A stretch of DNA of 63,442 nucleotides, the filler included, from Octopus bimaculoides (taxonomy: Eukaryota), in the NCBI RefSeq assembly GCF_001194135.2. It is 8 parts of 5 records of this genome, joined end to end, with 100 filler letters (N's around TTAATTAATTAA, not from the genome) between each part and the next. Parts side by side here need not be neighbours in the genome. Positions count along the whole stretch, not along the records: positions 10,522 to 16,516 come from NC_068991.1; positions 16,617 to 23,200 come from NC_068996.1; positions 23,301 to 28,622 come from NC_068994.1; 5 more parts are not named here. One strand, 5' to 3'. Position 1 is the stretch's first letter; every line of letters starts with the position of its first letter. Under the pieces are notes generated by a model, which saw nothing but the letters and a program-made list of their open reading frames with translations, was not told the origin of the DNA and did not search any database. Both the position numbers and the translations under genes were made by a program. This document shows, piece after piece, positions 12,115 to 25,199 of this stretch.

Positions 12115-12300
12115 CATCAGGCAGGACAACACGCTTCGCAGCATTTCACTTGTCTCTATATTCCGAGTGGAAATTCCGCGAAGACCGTCTTTGTGCTTCA
12201 TTCTTGTGGTCGCTAAATTAAGAACCAGTCAACCGCTGGGGTCGATGTAATCGACTAGACCACTCTCTATAAAATTCAGGCTTTGTGTCTATTGCAGACT
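12115..12300 (+). mobile_element. Diverged SINE family C
   Basis: CTGGGGTCGATGTAATCGACT and AAAATT.AGG.TTTGTG blocks. Confidence 0.55.
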
Positions 12301-15300
12301 GGACTTTAAGACATAAAATTTCAGAATGGGTTCTTTATGAAATGAGGTTTCAGACGGCATTAAGATACACACAGGTATATTGAACACGTACACATTCGAA
12401 TTTACGAGTCAGAACGTTAAAATATAAGAAGTAAATTAAAAGAGACAATATATACCAGAAGAAAGTACATTCAGCCTGTAGTACACTACATTTTTAGTTG
12501 TCTCGATCATTTGACTACGGCCATGCTGGAGCACCGCCTTTAAAAAGAAAGATATAAGATATGTATTTGACGTGTTGTTTGATCTACAGACAATTTTGAA
12601 TATTTTTTCTAACCGTTTCTACGGAATATTCTTCTGCTAATCCATGGGATGAACCTAAAACCTTTAACGATTAAATCCTCTCCGCTCACAACTAGACTGT
12701 TGTGTCTGATCAAACTGCTGCTGTCTCTAGAAATAAAGGTACCGCATGTCTCTGATTCGAAGTCCATTTCTTAAAACAAGAGATTCTGTTGGCAAAGTAA
12801 TTTCACATACAGCACTAAATAAATCAATCAAAGTGTCCATGTGACGAAAAATCGTATGTTGAATATATTTCCATATCAGAGATAAATGTTCCTGGTTTTG
12901 TGCACTGCCATTCTAAGAGACAGATTCGCTGCGTAGCCGTTTGGTTTTATCTGAAATGGAAAATTTCGAATTTAGAAAATCATGAGCAATCTGAAGAATG
13001 ATGAACGTTTATCGATCATATTTGTCTGCTGAAATGATCTCATCAAGCCATGTAAGCACGCCTCAATATAGCTGGTGCTTTGCAATAAATGTCGTAAGAT
13101 AAGATTTCTTAAAGCGATGTTCAATGTAGAAACTTTTTATTAGAATATGTGAGAAGAAAACATTACAATAACAACTTTATTCTGTTTTGTTTTTGTTTTT
13201 CAATTTTTTTAGTTGTATTGCCCACTCGACATTGAAAGCTCTGATAAAGATTGGTGTTTATATATTTTTTCGTAGAATATGTAAAGGTGCCACTTAGTCA
13301 TTTCATTGTTGTATTAAAACGATTTTGACGATGTTCCACTTTCTCGCAATATTGATAGTATTTTGTTAAATGATACATAAACTTCCTGAAAATAAACAAG
13401 TAGGAAATGTATTCATGTCTTATTTTTAATGCAGTCGTTATTATTGTTTGCTTTTCTTGTTTCTTCATTGCCACCGCTTAAATATTTATTTTTCTTCTCT
13501 AAGATTTTGCAGCTCGGGGATATTGGTCGTGTGCTGACTTTTTAACTTTCTAATATATTCAGTAAAGACAGGATATAGCCATGTCAAAGTAAGTTTTAAA
13601 ACATTGACTGTGCGAGCTGATTACTGAATGCTTATAGAAAGTGTAAACTTTTATGACTATAGTTAATATGAGGGTAGAGGAATGAAACCATTGGAAAGAG
13701 AAGAAACCTCCGAAAAGAACTGCAATCATAAGAAAGGATTATATGGTTTGGCATTGGACAATGCGTCCTTACGTTCTTTCTGTTGTCATCGCTATGTCTA
13801 GAAGATTAACACAGGCCGCGTGAGGGATCTCTTGTCGACTCAGTTATTGAGCTAGAAGTGTTGTTATCTGATTTGCGGTAATTGTGTGATTTGACTAAGT
13901 CCGTTGCGTTAGATTAACTGATAGGAATAATTTTAGGAGTTTATGATTATATATGCTCTACAAAATACGACATTTGGGAATTATTACATTCTATTAATTA
14001 TTTAATTGGCTACATCATATGTCAGATTTATATAATCAATACATGCAATTACTTTAAACGTAAGCTATCGACGGCAACCCGAAAATTCACAGAGGAATAA
14101 TTATATAAGTGTTTCGAAGAATTCATATAATTAAGTAATTATGTATCATTCCAGTCCAATTTTTCTCCCGGTTATTAAGCTTTGAATTTGTGAACCTAGT
14201 TTGACCTCTTCAGAATTGAAAAGTTTCCTATGTCTGTAAATTAGACGATCTGCATCAAGCATTACGCCAATCATCTGCCCACTATTGTTTATGGATTCTA
14301 ATTACATTGGCCGAAACTCAAATTACTCTACGAAATAGCTACCTTACTTATTAGTGTCGTTATCTCTAAACACTACATGTTTTCACTTGGAACTTCACAG
14401 CATTATTTTCTTTTATTATGATAATATATTCATTAGATTGAAACGCGTAGTCAAGGTGGAATTTCTTGTACGCTTATTGCGTTTAATCCTAACTCACTAT
14501 ACAATGATTCCTATTTTGGTATATTTAATGACAAAAAAAAACCCACTGGTTGTTTGCCATTTCAGTGCGTTTGCATGTGCTTCATTTATGTTATGCTATT
14601 TAATAAGAGTTTATAAATTGATAAATAGATTTTATTCAAATCATCTCCACGCCTAAGAAGAAATTCGTTTCATATTCCAATGTTGTTTTTTATACCTTTA
14701 CTCAAATTTTTGTCTGTACTTTGGGGGCATTTTTATTCTTAGATAATTTATGGTATATGCATTTAGAAGTATCATATCTTTTGAAAACATTAATCATTTA
14801 AATTTTGCATTTCAAATAATCTGTACTTTATAGTAAGGATTTGCCCCTTGTTATGTAACCGTCATCATATAATGTGTAGAGGATATTTTGATAACATGTT
14901 ATTCAGATCACGTCAGTGAAGTCTTATTTTAATCGTTCTCCGCAGAGCTCGAATGGATGAATTACCTGTTAAACATGTAACAAATTAAATAGGTAGGTTA
15001 ATTGAGATACGCCATCGTATGTAGCGTGTGAGTGCATGTGAAAATATGCATATAACTGTCTTTTTATATAAGTATATGTCTGTGTATCTGCGTACACACA
15101 AACGCGCGCACACACACACATGCATATGTTTGTATATATGTGTATATATGTAAGTGTAAATATTTATGCATATATATATACGTATTTCTGTGTAAGGTTT
15201 TGAGTGCGTGTGTTGTATGTAAGTATGTGTGACTATATGTGCATGTGTTAGTGTGGCTGTGAGGTGGTGTATGTACGTATATATATGTGTATATACAGGG

Positions 15301-15351
15301 ATGTATATATGTACATTGACATAGGAGCGTATATGTTTATACACATATTTT

Positions 15352-15650
15352 GAAGGAGCATAGCTTAGTGGTTAGGGCATTCGGCTCTTAATCATAAGGT
15401 CGTGAGTTCAATTCCTGGTAACGCGTTGTGTCCTTGAGCAAGACACTTTATTTCACGTTACTCCAGTTCACTCAACTGGCAAAAATGAGTTGTATTTGTA
15501 TTCCAAAGGACCAGTATTGTCACACTCTGTGTCACGCTAAATTTCTCTGAGAACTACGTTAAGGGTACACGTGTCTGTGGAGTGCTCAGCCAATCGCACG
15601 CTAATTTCACGAGCAAGCTGATCTATTGACCGTATCAGCTGGGACATATT
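15352..15650 (+). mobile_element. tRNA-derived SINE family B
   Basis: A-box TAGCTTAGTGG, B-box GAGTTCAATTCC, then GTTGTGTCCTTGAGCAAGACACTTT central domain. Confidence 0.8.
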
Positions 15651-16230
15651 ACCCCAATCCCTAGACCTATCCTTTCTGTACATTTAGATCTGCTCTTCAT
15701 TCCCTCTCCCAGCTATCTATACGACTCTTGATTTCTGAATATCTAAATATAAAGACTTCATCTAAATTTAAATTTTGTGCTATTTCATTCTCTCCCTCAA
15801 GCGTTTCTTATAGGACATTTCCTACATGTCTATCCAACATGTCATCTTTATAATTCCTGTTAGCAAATGAATCATGCATAATGGTGAATAACTCAAACCA
15901 ATTTTTTTCCCAATCTTCTATTCATGTTTATATGTATATGTGTGTGTATTTGTTTGCCTGTATGTGCGAGTGGGGATATATGTGTGTGTATATATAAATA
16001 TATACATAAAGACATACGTATATATCTAAATATATATATGAAGTCCAATGATTCTAAACACTGTAGTGAAGACGGGAGAGATATGCAGTGATATATGTGT
16101 GGATGGTCTTGAAAGGTCTCGGCACCAAATTTTGGCATTGAAAGCTATACCACCCTCGTAAGGACCACGTAATACTTTACCTTGGTAATCAAGGGCCCAC
16201 GGCTATTACCCCTATGTCAAAATATCTGAT

Positions 16231-16268
16231 GAGAGATCGGCATGGAGAGATCGGCATGGAGAGATCGG
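16231..16268 (+). repeat. 14-bp tandem repeat x2.7 (GAGAGATCGGCATG)
   Basis: Read directly from sequence. Confidence 0.9.
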
Positions 16269-16439
16269 GTGGGCGCTTTCAAGAAACAGCTTCGCCTCCT
16301 CCCTTCCCAGGAAAATCCCAAAAAGGGGCAGATCTATCGAAGGCAATCCATTCACCATTGAAAAGGTGATGTATGTTTATATATATATACACACACATAT
16401 ATATATGTATGTATGTACATGTATATATATATGTGTGTG

Positions 16440-16516
<77 letters not shown>

Positions 16517-16616
16517 NNNNNNNNNNNNNNNNNNNNNNNNNNNNNNNNNNNNNNNNNNNNTTAATTAATTAANNNNNNNNNNNNNNNNNNNNNNNNNNNN
16601 NNNNNNNNNNNNNNNN

Positions 16617-16659
<43 letters not shown>

Positions 16660-17101
16660 CTACCTATCTATCTATCTCTCTCTCTCTCTTTCTCTGGTTT
16701 GATCCTGGGGTCAAGGATGCACTGTCATTTTTTCCAAGAATTTTGTTAAACCAAAAATTTCCGTCTCTGCAACAACACTGGCATATCTGGCTGCTTTAAC
16801 GCTGATTCTTACAGTCATTATTTTCCCTGACTAACCTATTTGTCAGTGTTTTGGGTGTTGTTTTCGATGTTGTTAATTCTGCTGTTGTTGCTATTCTTGT
16901 TGTAGTTACGGATATCGTTTAAAACTTTTGTTAAACTGCTCGAAATAATTTCTTTTCTAATTAATTCTTCATTCAAATGTTCTTTACTTTTCTGTTTGTT
17001 ACAAACGTTCATTGCATGGTATTTGTTTTGTCGAGTATTTTTGTTTCGTGTTCGCGCTGATGTGAACTTTTCCTTTTTTTTTTCGTTTTTCTGTGGAAGG
17101 T

Positions 17102-17150
<49 letters not shown>

Positions 17151-17276
17151 CGCACTATCTTGTAGGCATTTACACGTTAAAATGTCTGAAGGCAAATAAA
17201 GACACTTTTCTTTTATTAATTTTTTTTCTTTTTGTATCCCTCTTGGCAGAAAACTAATTCTGATAGTGAAGTGCTA

Positions 17277-17386
17277 AAACAAAATTCGTTTTCTAAAGCT
17301 TGAATTATGGTCTGGATCGAGGCTATTAAAAACAAAAATCGTTTTCTAAAGCTTGAAATATGGTCTGGGTCGAGGCTATTAAAAAC
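17277..17386 (+). repeat. 53-bp tandem duplication
   Basis: CGTTTTCTAAAGCTTGAA at 17287 and 17340, few mismatches across the unit. Confidence 0.9.
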
Positions 17387-17420
17387 ATATCTACAAATTA
17401 CGACAATCAGAAATGATAAT

Positions 17421-17614
17421 AATTTTGAATTATGGCACAAAGCCAGCAATTTAGGGGAGGTGATAAATCCATAGCCTCGACTCCAGTGCGCAACTGGTAC
17501 AATCGATCCCGAAAGGATGAAAAATAAAGCTGACCTAGGCGGCATTTGAACTCGGAATATAAAGACTGACGAAATACCGCAAATCATTTAACCTGGCGTA
17601 CTAACGATTCTGCT
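17421..17614 (-). mobile_element. SINE family C
   Basis: Colinear with 3751-3960. Confidence 0.75.
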
Positions 17615-18314
17615 ATAGAAGTTCATATAGTTAGTACAGAGGGTTCAGTCTTACGGGACACCGTGTTTAGAAGCAGTAATCTTCTTTATACTCATGTTAC
17701 ACCTATTTGGGAGTTGTTAATTATTTTTCACTTTATGTCAGGAAGTAAACTTAATTATGGAATGGAATCTATAATATTAGTCAGCTACCGAGTGACTATA
17801 TCGCTAAGGCTTCAACAAGTCTTAATATGCAGTATTCTAGCGTTGTTTTCATGTAAGAGAAAAGAAATATGGCTAGAGTTAAATCCACTTGTAGTAGTGA
17901 ACGAATTGTAAGAGCTTCCCCCACTGAACTGTGGAATCTAAAAGACAGCGATATATTTGTAGACATGACTTTGAGATAAAAATGTGCGCTTAACAATGCT
18001 GTGAAAGTAGGTAATAAAAATAAAACTAATAAAAACCAACAATAAAACAATAGTAACAAAAATAGTGCAATTATCTTCCATATCACTTCAAGAAACATAT
18101 CCATAGATCAATGAATTCATAGGTTTGAAGTATTTCATATTTAATTTTAAATTTGTTACGGTGTGCTAAGATTATATGCTTTGCAAATATTGATGATCCA
18201 GTTAGTAATTTTAATATACCTTACGGATTGAAAGGGGAAAATAGTAATGGCATACGAAAACACTCTGGTACATGCCACGGAAAAAATCCCAATTGGTTTG
18301 GTCGGTGGTAATAT

Positions 18315-18380
18315 ATGCCAATCTACAGAGAAATGAAATCAAGGAAAATCGACCAGACATTGTTATCAAAGACCATGAAG
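18315..18380 (+). mobile_element. Small R4/Dong-like fragment
   Basis: MPIY..EIKENRPDIVIKDHE (frameshifted) resembles the WDxPIxTDxEIKANRPDIVV motif preceding restriction-like endonucleases. Confidence 0.45.
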
Positions 18381-18720
18381 GCTAATCGATTTTAGTAAAG
18401 TAAGCGAAGAAATTTTAATTAATATTATGTCTTAAATGAAGAACAAGAATTTTTGGAATAGGTATCAGTTCTAGTCCTAAAGGTAAGAGATCTCTGAATT
18501 AGAAGTTCAGTCCGGCTGATTGGTTTCTACACTGCTTTTGTTAACACAATTTCATTCACAAGGATTGGTTTCACTCAAAGCTATGATAATAGACATTTTC
18601 TCATGATAAACATGAAATAGGATAGAACTCATGATTGCGAAGCGAACTCCTTAAACATTCGATTCTGCCTGTATACTACATATAACACATCACAGCGTAC
18701 CATCTTAATAATACCAAGTC

Positions 18721-18954
18721 TAATGTCTTTAGCATTCAGACAACTCTGTCCAATATAGTCAGATGTATTTATTCAGATTGTTTTGTATTCATTATGCATT
18801 ATCTTATAGCTATGAGATCTCAGTGATGTGATTGTTTATTTATCGAATGACATTGTTGTAGGGTAGGTATGAGGGGCCAGATCTGGTCAGTTTGAACATA
18901 AAACAAGTCGAATATTTGAACTAGATTTGGTTGGTTTAAGTGCTAAAAGGTTAA
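18721..18954. mobile_element. Probable piggyBac-like MITE (TTAA-ended), degenerate
   Basis: Inverted TTTAGCA (18728-18734) / TGCTAAA (18941-18947); right end AAGG-TTAA; left end decayed. Confidence 0.5.
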
Positions 18955-20398
18955 ATAAGGTATGAAGAAATGTCTTAAAATAGAAATGATCACGGTTTGA
19001 ATGCATTTGGCTATGTATCTACCAGATACAGTTCGACTTGAGGCAGGAGCAACAAAGTAATGAGTGAGAACCTTGTCAGTTCAGAATGTTGAGTTCAAAT
19101 GTTACGACGGGTAGGAAGAAAACCCTCAGTAAAACCATTCCATCGTGTTCAGTCTTGAATCATGAAAATTAACGAATTCTTCGCTTGTGGCCTCCACCTA
19201 CGATTCAATGAATATGAAATACTTTTCAGTCAGAATACAACATTACTTTTACGATCATGAAACTATGTTTCCAGATGGTCCGTTCATAACAACGTTATTC
19301 TGAATTCGATTCTACTACGTGTGAGTCGTTTTATTGTTTTACTATAGCCTTGGGCCAATGTACTTTACCGAGCTGTACCTACACTTATTATAACAAAAAA
19401 CAACAAGCTTTCGTAGATACAGTAACTGGATTGCTAACTCACAGATAGAGAGTTTGATTTCATTGCAGGCATTTAATTAATTTCACAGACCGCAGTTCAT
19501 CACAACAGTCAAGAGCAAAAGTAACAGATCATTGGGGAGTGTTATCTGAGATAAACTGGCGTTTTATTCAGGGACATAGAATTTATCTTTTATCCAGCTA
19601 ATTCCCCGCCAGAAATGCATGAAAGTATAAAGTATAAATGCATAAGCCTACACAGAGACTTAAAACACATATCTACATATTTAATTTAATCCACATTTAA
19701 CCGAAATTAGTCCAATATGTTGCTTAACCCCACAACATCCTTAGTTCAGCAGAAGATCAAAGGCAAGACTATCCCGTTTTTTTTCCTTCCTATATTAAGA
19801 TGGAATATATATGCCCTTCTTTTAAAAAAAAAAAAAGTAGTAGTACGTTCGTCATCCGAGGGAAAGTTGTTTGCTGCTTCTATCTAGAGGAACCGTTTCA
19901 ATGGACACCCCTGACTGTACTATATTGTTGTTGCTGCTATTTAGCCTCCTGGTCATCACAGACTGAACAGACCTGTGAACAAAGGCATTGAAGATGTGTT
20001 TATACCGCCATTATTTCAAGTAGTGTGCGCCCATGCTTTTTCTGTTTATCTTTCAAGCCATTTGCGTAAAATATTTAATTGTTATGTCTAGGAAGACAAG
20101 GGAAGAATTTGAAATTGCATATGCTAGTGTTGTAGATAAAATATAAATGTAGCCGTTAATATTCAAAGGTCTGTGCTAGCATAATGTCCACAAAAGATAA
20201 ATTTCTATAATTCTCAACAAGGATCGATAAGGCTATCCTACTATTAAGCAACAAACGAGAAAAAAAATACAAGATTAAAATGATTAACATCATTCTTTGA
20301 TGATGTTTTAAATTCCTTAAACGATTTTATATCAAGTAAGTTGCCAAAAACGTAGAAACCAGAAGTAATACTATTCATTAAAAGAAAATTTATACACA

Positions 20399-20872
20399 TA
20401 GGCCAGTCATAGCTGTATGATGAGAGGTTTGCTTGGTAACCCTGTAGTTTCGGGTTCGATATCACTGTTAGGCACTGAGTGTCTTTCGCTATAATTCTTA
20501 ACTTACCGGTACCTTATTACTGATTTTGATAGACGGACACGCACGCACGCGTGCGCGCACACACACACACACTCGCTCTTTCTGTCTTGCTTTCTCTCTC
20601 TCTATTTCTCCTTGTGCGCGCGTGCACACATACACACACTTGCACACACACACACACACACATGTGCACGTGTTTGTACCCCTCCACTGCTTGACAACCG
20701 GTGTTGGTTTGCTAAGTCCCATTAACACAGCGGTCCGGCAAAAGCTGTCGATAGAATTAGTAACAGACTTAGAATATACACTGGGATCGATTTGTTCGAC
20801 TAATTATACAAGGTAGTGCTCCAGTATGGCTGCATTACAATGACTAAAACAAGTAAAGCAGTAAAAGAATAG
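20399..20872 (+). mobile_element. Old SINE family A copy with expanded internal microsatellite
   Basis: Degenerate head (GGGTTCGATATCACTG), GATAGACGG block and 3-prime half ending ACTAAAACAAGTAAAGCAGTAAAAGAA. Confidence 0.65.
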
Positions 20873-20951
20873 AGAACACTAATTCATTCTAAAATCTGTA
20901 ATAATGTTAAGAAATACTTCGCTGAAGGGATTCAATAAAATTGAAACTATA

Positions 20952-21120
20952 GGCGCAGGCGTGGCTGTGTGGTAAGAAGCTTGCTTCCCAACTACACAGT
21001 TTTAGGTTCAGCCCCACTGCATGACACCTTGGCCATGTATCTTCTACTATAGCCTTGGGCTGACCAAAGCCTTGTAAGTGAATTTGGTGGGCGGAAACTG
21101 AAAGAAGCCTATCGTGTGTG
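20952..21120 (+). mobile_element. SINE family A, 5-prime half
   Basis: Colinear with 371-540. Confidence 0.8.
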
Positions 21121-21335
21121 TCTTCGAAACGCCTAGTTTAGAATAGAGGCAGCTGGTGAAGGAAAAGTTTCATAAGTGGCTTTTCTGTTTTCCTATGTGT
21201 TCATTCTGTTGTCCGGAAAAAAAAAGTCCGTTTTTTGTGCTTTGTTTATGTTCCCGTTCCCTTTTTGACGTCCTGTACCCGGATATGCATCTATACATAC
21301 ATGTAGATGTAGGTATGTACATATATGTATGTATA
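21121..21335 (+). repeat. Family E repeat copy
   Basis: Aligns with 885-1105. Confidence 0.45.
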
Positions 21336-21461
21336 CATGCAGATGCTCATNNNNNNNNNNNNNNNNNNNNNNNNNNNNNNNNNNNNNNNNNNNNNNNNNN
21401 NNNNNNNNNNNNNNNNNNNNNNNNNNNNNNNNNNNNNNNNNNNNNNNNTATATATGTATAT

Positions 21462-21883
21462 AGACGTAGGCGAGGCTGGGTTAAGAAGTTTGCTTCCCAG
21501 CCACATGGTTCCGGGTTCAGTTCCACTGCGGGCAAATGTCTTCTACTATAGCCTCAAGCCGACCAAAGCCTTGTGAGTGGATTTGGTAGACGGAAACTGA
21601 AAGAAGACCGTTGGGTACATGTGTGTTTGCGTGTGTGTGCTTATGTATGTGTCCCTGTGCTTGCCTTTGTCACCTACCACTGCTTGACAACCGTGAGTGT
21701 GTGAGTGTGTTTACGCCCCCGCAACTTAGCGGTTCGGCGATAACAATCAACAGAATAGAAAAGTAACAGGCTTAACAAAAAGTCAAATAGTGGAGTTGAT
21801 TCATTAGACTAAAATCTTTCAAGGTGATGCCCTAGCATGGTCACAGTCCAATGACTGAAACAAGTAAACGATAAAAGATAAAA
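21462..21883 (+). mobile_element. SINE family A, full length
   Basis: Colinear with 371-764; small deletion in the centre. Confidence 0.8.
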
Positions 21884-22089
21884 CAAAAATGTCCAGAGTT
21901 GTAATTGTACTTTCAAAGAGCGGCGTTGATATCAAAATAAAAGGATATTAAATATAGAACACGTGACATTTTATCTTTACGTTTTCAGTTAGTTTATCGA
22001 ATATTCACGTTTGTTGTTGTTGTTGTCCTTGTTGTTGTTTTTTTGTTGTTGTTGTTTTTAAACCACTGAGCTCCTTTGTGTTGACAAAT

Positions 22090-22280
22090 GATCGAAACGA
22101 TCCTGGCAACTGCCGCCATTTTTGCTCTCCTTTTTCCGTCAAGATATAGCGTGAACCGAACTACATTAACCGGTATGTATCCCGGTAAGGTACAATAATC
22201 CATCGACTGTCGCGGGTGTTACGTTCCAATTCCCCACTCCCCACTCCCAATTCCGCGATAGGAGAAAATCCGCGAAGTGG
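22090..22280. promoter_or_regulatory. CpG-enriched promoter-like patch with YY1-type motif
   Basis: GCCGCCATTTT at 22112-22122; plus-strand donors GTATGT (22173) and GTAAGG (22185) downstream; locally many CpG against a CpG-poor background. Confidence 0.4.
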
Positions 22281-22599
22281 AAACATTACTGTATATTTTT
22301 TTCAAATCATTTTCATAATCTGTATATATTTATTTTATTATAAATGCAAAACGACACCACAGAGGTGTTTATAAGCCATTTAAAAACATTAAAAAAACGT
22401 TAGATTCACTTTAACATTTCAAATTTAATTTAACAAAATATTTTCGTCGCTTTGAGACCGCGACCTGATCACTGCCAAAATTCCGTGTTGAAGTGAACCT
22501 ATATGTTTTTACATGGCTTATAAACACCTTCCATGCTGCAATTGCTTTTGTATATATGAAGATGAGAGATTGACAAGAGAACTGACGTCGGGCTTGTCC

Positions 22600-22735
22600 A
22601 CTTCCGTCTACCAAATTCACCTCCAAATTAATGGCCATTTCAGGATTGCAGTAACAAACAGTTACACGGGGTTGCCGCACAATGGGATTGAACTCTAAAC
22701 TATGCGTTAACAGACTGTGAACGACTTGACGGTAC
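22600..22735 (-). mobile_element. Degenerate SINE family A
   Basis: TTCCGTCTACCAAATTCAC is the reverse complement of the family core GTGAATTTGGTAGACGGAA. Confidence 0.55.
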
Positions 22736-22834
22736 ATATGGCAAAAACTAAAGGTTGAAATTTATGGAACCGATAAAAGAAAATATCAATACAAGTGTTT
22801 TATTTCATTCGATCTCTGTCAGTCCTCCTGCCCT

Positions 22835-23200
22835 TCACGACATGGGATTTTGAGGAATGAGCTTATGAAGTTGGGGATGTGTTACCGGGAGTAGGGTGGG
22901 GGTACATGTAGTGGTGGTGGTGGAAGGAGCAGTGTCTGAAACTGCCATAAGAATTAGTTCAGCAGTACTTTTCACAGCTACTTCCGGTCCAGGGCGGTAG
23001 TGGGTGGAAATGTGATCCTGTATCGACTGCATAACTAGTTGTCTGAGGGCTGAGTTCCCCACTGTTGCAATAGTAGTCAATGGTGGCGGTGGCGGTGGTG
23101 GTGGTGGTGTAGGTGGTGGTCGTGGTCGTGGTGGTCGTGGTCGTGGTGGTGGCGGCGGCGGTGGCGGTGGCGCTGGGTGCTGGTAGTAGCAGCTGTGGTG
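22835..23200 (-). CDS. Open poly-Pro reading frame running into a gap; possible terminal exon or repeat relic
   Basis: HHSCYYQHPA(P)n...RPRPP...(P)nLTTIATVGNSALRQLVMQSIQDHISTHYRPG...QNPMS* is open for 121 codons; half is low complexity and no homolog is recognised. Confidence 0.25.
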   Translation of the reverse strand, partial: HHSCYYQHPAPPPPPPPPPRPRPPRPRPPPTPPPPPPPPPLTTIATVGNSALRQLVMQSIQDHISTHYRPGPEVAVKSTAELILMAVSDTAPSTTTTTCTPTLLPVTHPQLHKLIPQNPMS

Positions 23201-23300
23201 NNNNNNNNNNNNNNNNNNNNNNNNNNNNNNNNNNNNNNNNNNNNTTAATTAATTAANNNNNNNNNNNNNNNNNNNNNNNNNNNNNNNNNNNNNNNNNNNN

Positions 23301-23637
23301 GCACCATTTTGAGCGTGGCCGTTGCCAGTACCGCCTGACTGGCTCCCGTAGGATTTTCGAGCGAGATCGTTGCCAGTGCCCCTGGACTGGCTTGTGCGGG
23401 TGGCACATAAAAGACACCATTTCGAGCGTGGCCGTTTTCGTGCGGGTGACACGTAAAAGCACCCACTACACTCTCTAAGTGGTTGGCGTTAGGAAGGGCA
23501 TCCAGCTGTAGAAACTCTGCCAAATTAGATTGGAGCCTGGTGTTGCCATCCGGTTTCACCAGTCCTCAGTCAAATCGTCCAACCCATGCTAGCATGGAAA
23601 GCGGACGTTAAACGATGATGATGATGATGATGATGAT
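23301..23637 (+). mobile_element. Young SINE family D, (GAT)n-tailed
   Basis: GGTTGGCGTTAGGAAGGGCATCCAGCTGTAGAAAC...GGAAAGCGGACGTTAAAC(GAT)n; near-identical copies at 28723, 59970 and 61454. Confidence 0.85.
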
Positions 23638-24063
23638 ATATATATATATATGTATGTATGTATATATACACACACATAAAAATAAAATGTTGATATATTT
23701 ATTATAAATATATATTAAATCTATATATCTTTTTATATATGTGTAATATACGCGCGCGCGCACCTACACACATATTCATATCTATATACGCCTACATATA
23801 TTTAGGTGAGTTATCTTTGTAACCAAAATATAAATAGACGATTGACTGGGTCAATTTAAATACTATAGTGCAATCACAATAAAATCATTCTTGTGGGTTT
23901 TGCTTTTCGCATTTTTTGTTTCTTTTTATGAATGAAAAGAAATTTTTTTATTTTTATATTTATGTTATGGTAAGAAGGATAAAGCATCAATAATCAAGAA
24001 CAGGTAACTCTGACTTAGCCAGGAGCAGATAACTACAGTCAACATCCGGTAATAGAAACAGGT

Positions 24064-24073
24064 CGCCATTTTG
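24064..24073 (+). promoter_or_regulatory. YY1-type motif CGCCATTTTG upstream of the Pro-rich exon
   Basis: Matches the YY1 consensus; 63 nt before the ATG at 24136. Confidence 0.45.
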
Positions 24074-24135
24074 TCGTCTTTTAACACTGAAAGATGGAAG
24101 TTGCAGTGTAGTCGTTTGTTTCTTTTATCTTCTCA

Positions 24136-24525
24136 ATGTTTGGTAATTGGCAACAGCTCGGCCTGGGGGCCGTTCCCCCACCCTTTTTCGCGCAACCTAA
24201 CATGATGTACCCACTTTATCCTGGTGCACAGGAAGCTACAGCGACCAGCGGTCAACCTCATCAATGGAATACAGGAGGCCAACTTCCCCCCATGGTCTTC
24301 CCGTCTTTGAATCCACTGTCAATCGTAGCTTCAACAGCTTCTGCTTTAGAACAACACACCAACACCGCTGTTGCTGGAAGCGTTAGTAACATTTTAGCAT
24401 CTGCTGGATGTCCTCCAGTTCCTCCGCTACCTTCTAATCCAGCACCACCTAAACCCCCAGCTCCTCCAACCGAAGAGAAACCCCCATTACCTCCAGATCC
24501 ACCACCTCCAGATGAAGATTCCAAG
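24136..24525 (+). CDS. Probable first coding exon of a Pro-rich (likely nuclear) protein; weak resemblance to YLPM1-type N-termini
   Basis: 130 open codons with elevated GC and protein-like composition (MFGNWQQLG...PPTEEKPPLPPDPPPPDEDSK); donor AAG|GTTGGT at 24526; upstream YY1 motif. Identity not established. Confidence 0.7.
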
Positions 24526-25165
24526 GTTGGTTAACTTACAATATTTTTTTTTATTAGACGTTTTCCCTATCTTTTATTAAAAAAAAAGATTATTTTTGAT
24601 TTTTTCCATAGTGTGTAAAAATATGTAAAAAAAAAAAAAAAATGAAAGAGAATCAGGAAGATAGTAGCTATATATATATTTATATGTATATATATATATA
24701 ATGTGAGACACAGATCTGTATGGATGTTTGTCATTTCGTTGATAACTCGTACATATATATATTTTCTCTCGTTATTATATATATCTATTATGAATTAACC
24801 TTTGCAGACTGCCTATTTATATTTTCTAAAGTATCAAAGATTTACACGAAAGCTATCAACCTATCTACTATAGACGTACACAACTCCTATCACACACATG
24901 TATATATACATATTATTATTATTATTATTGTATGTATTTATTTTCTCTAAGTTAATAATTAACTCGGACAAAATAAATTGGTTAATAGATACCAGGGTAG
25001 CAAAGATCACAAAAATGACTGTGGTGTAACTCCTGTTTATGAGGTAGAAACTCCGTTATTTTGGGTACTTGAGTAAATATATAGATTTAGTAAATGGAGT
25101 AAATATATATATATATACACACACACACACATCGTGGCTATATTTTATTATTATACATCATCTCA

Positions 25166-25199
<34 letters not shown>

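Noticed and set aside
12880-12920. Minus-strand TTTCAG acceptor followed by DKTKRLRSESVS*
   Set aside because: Too short; two frames equally open; no supporting exon.
16226-16300. CTGATGA followed later by GAAAC as a hammerhead
   Set aside because: No stem II closing pair or stem I can be formed.
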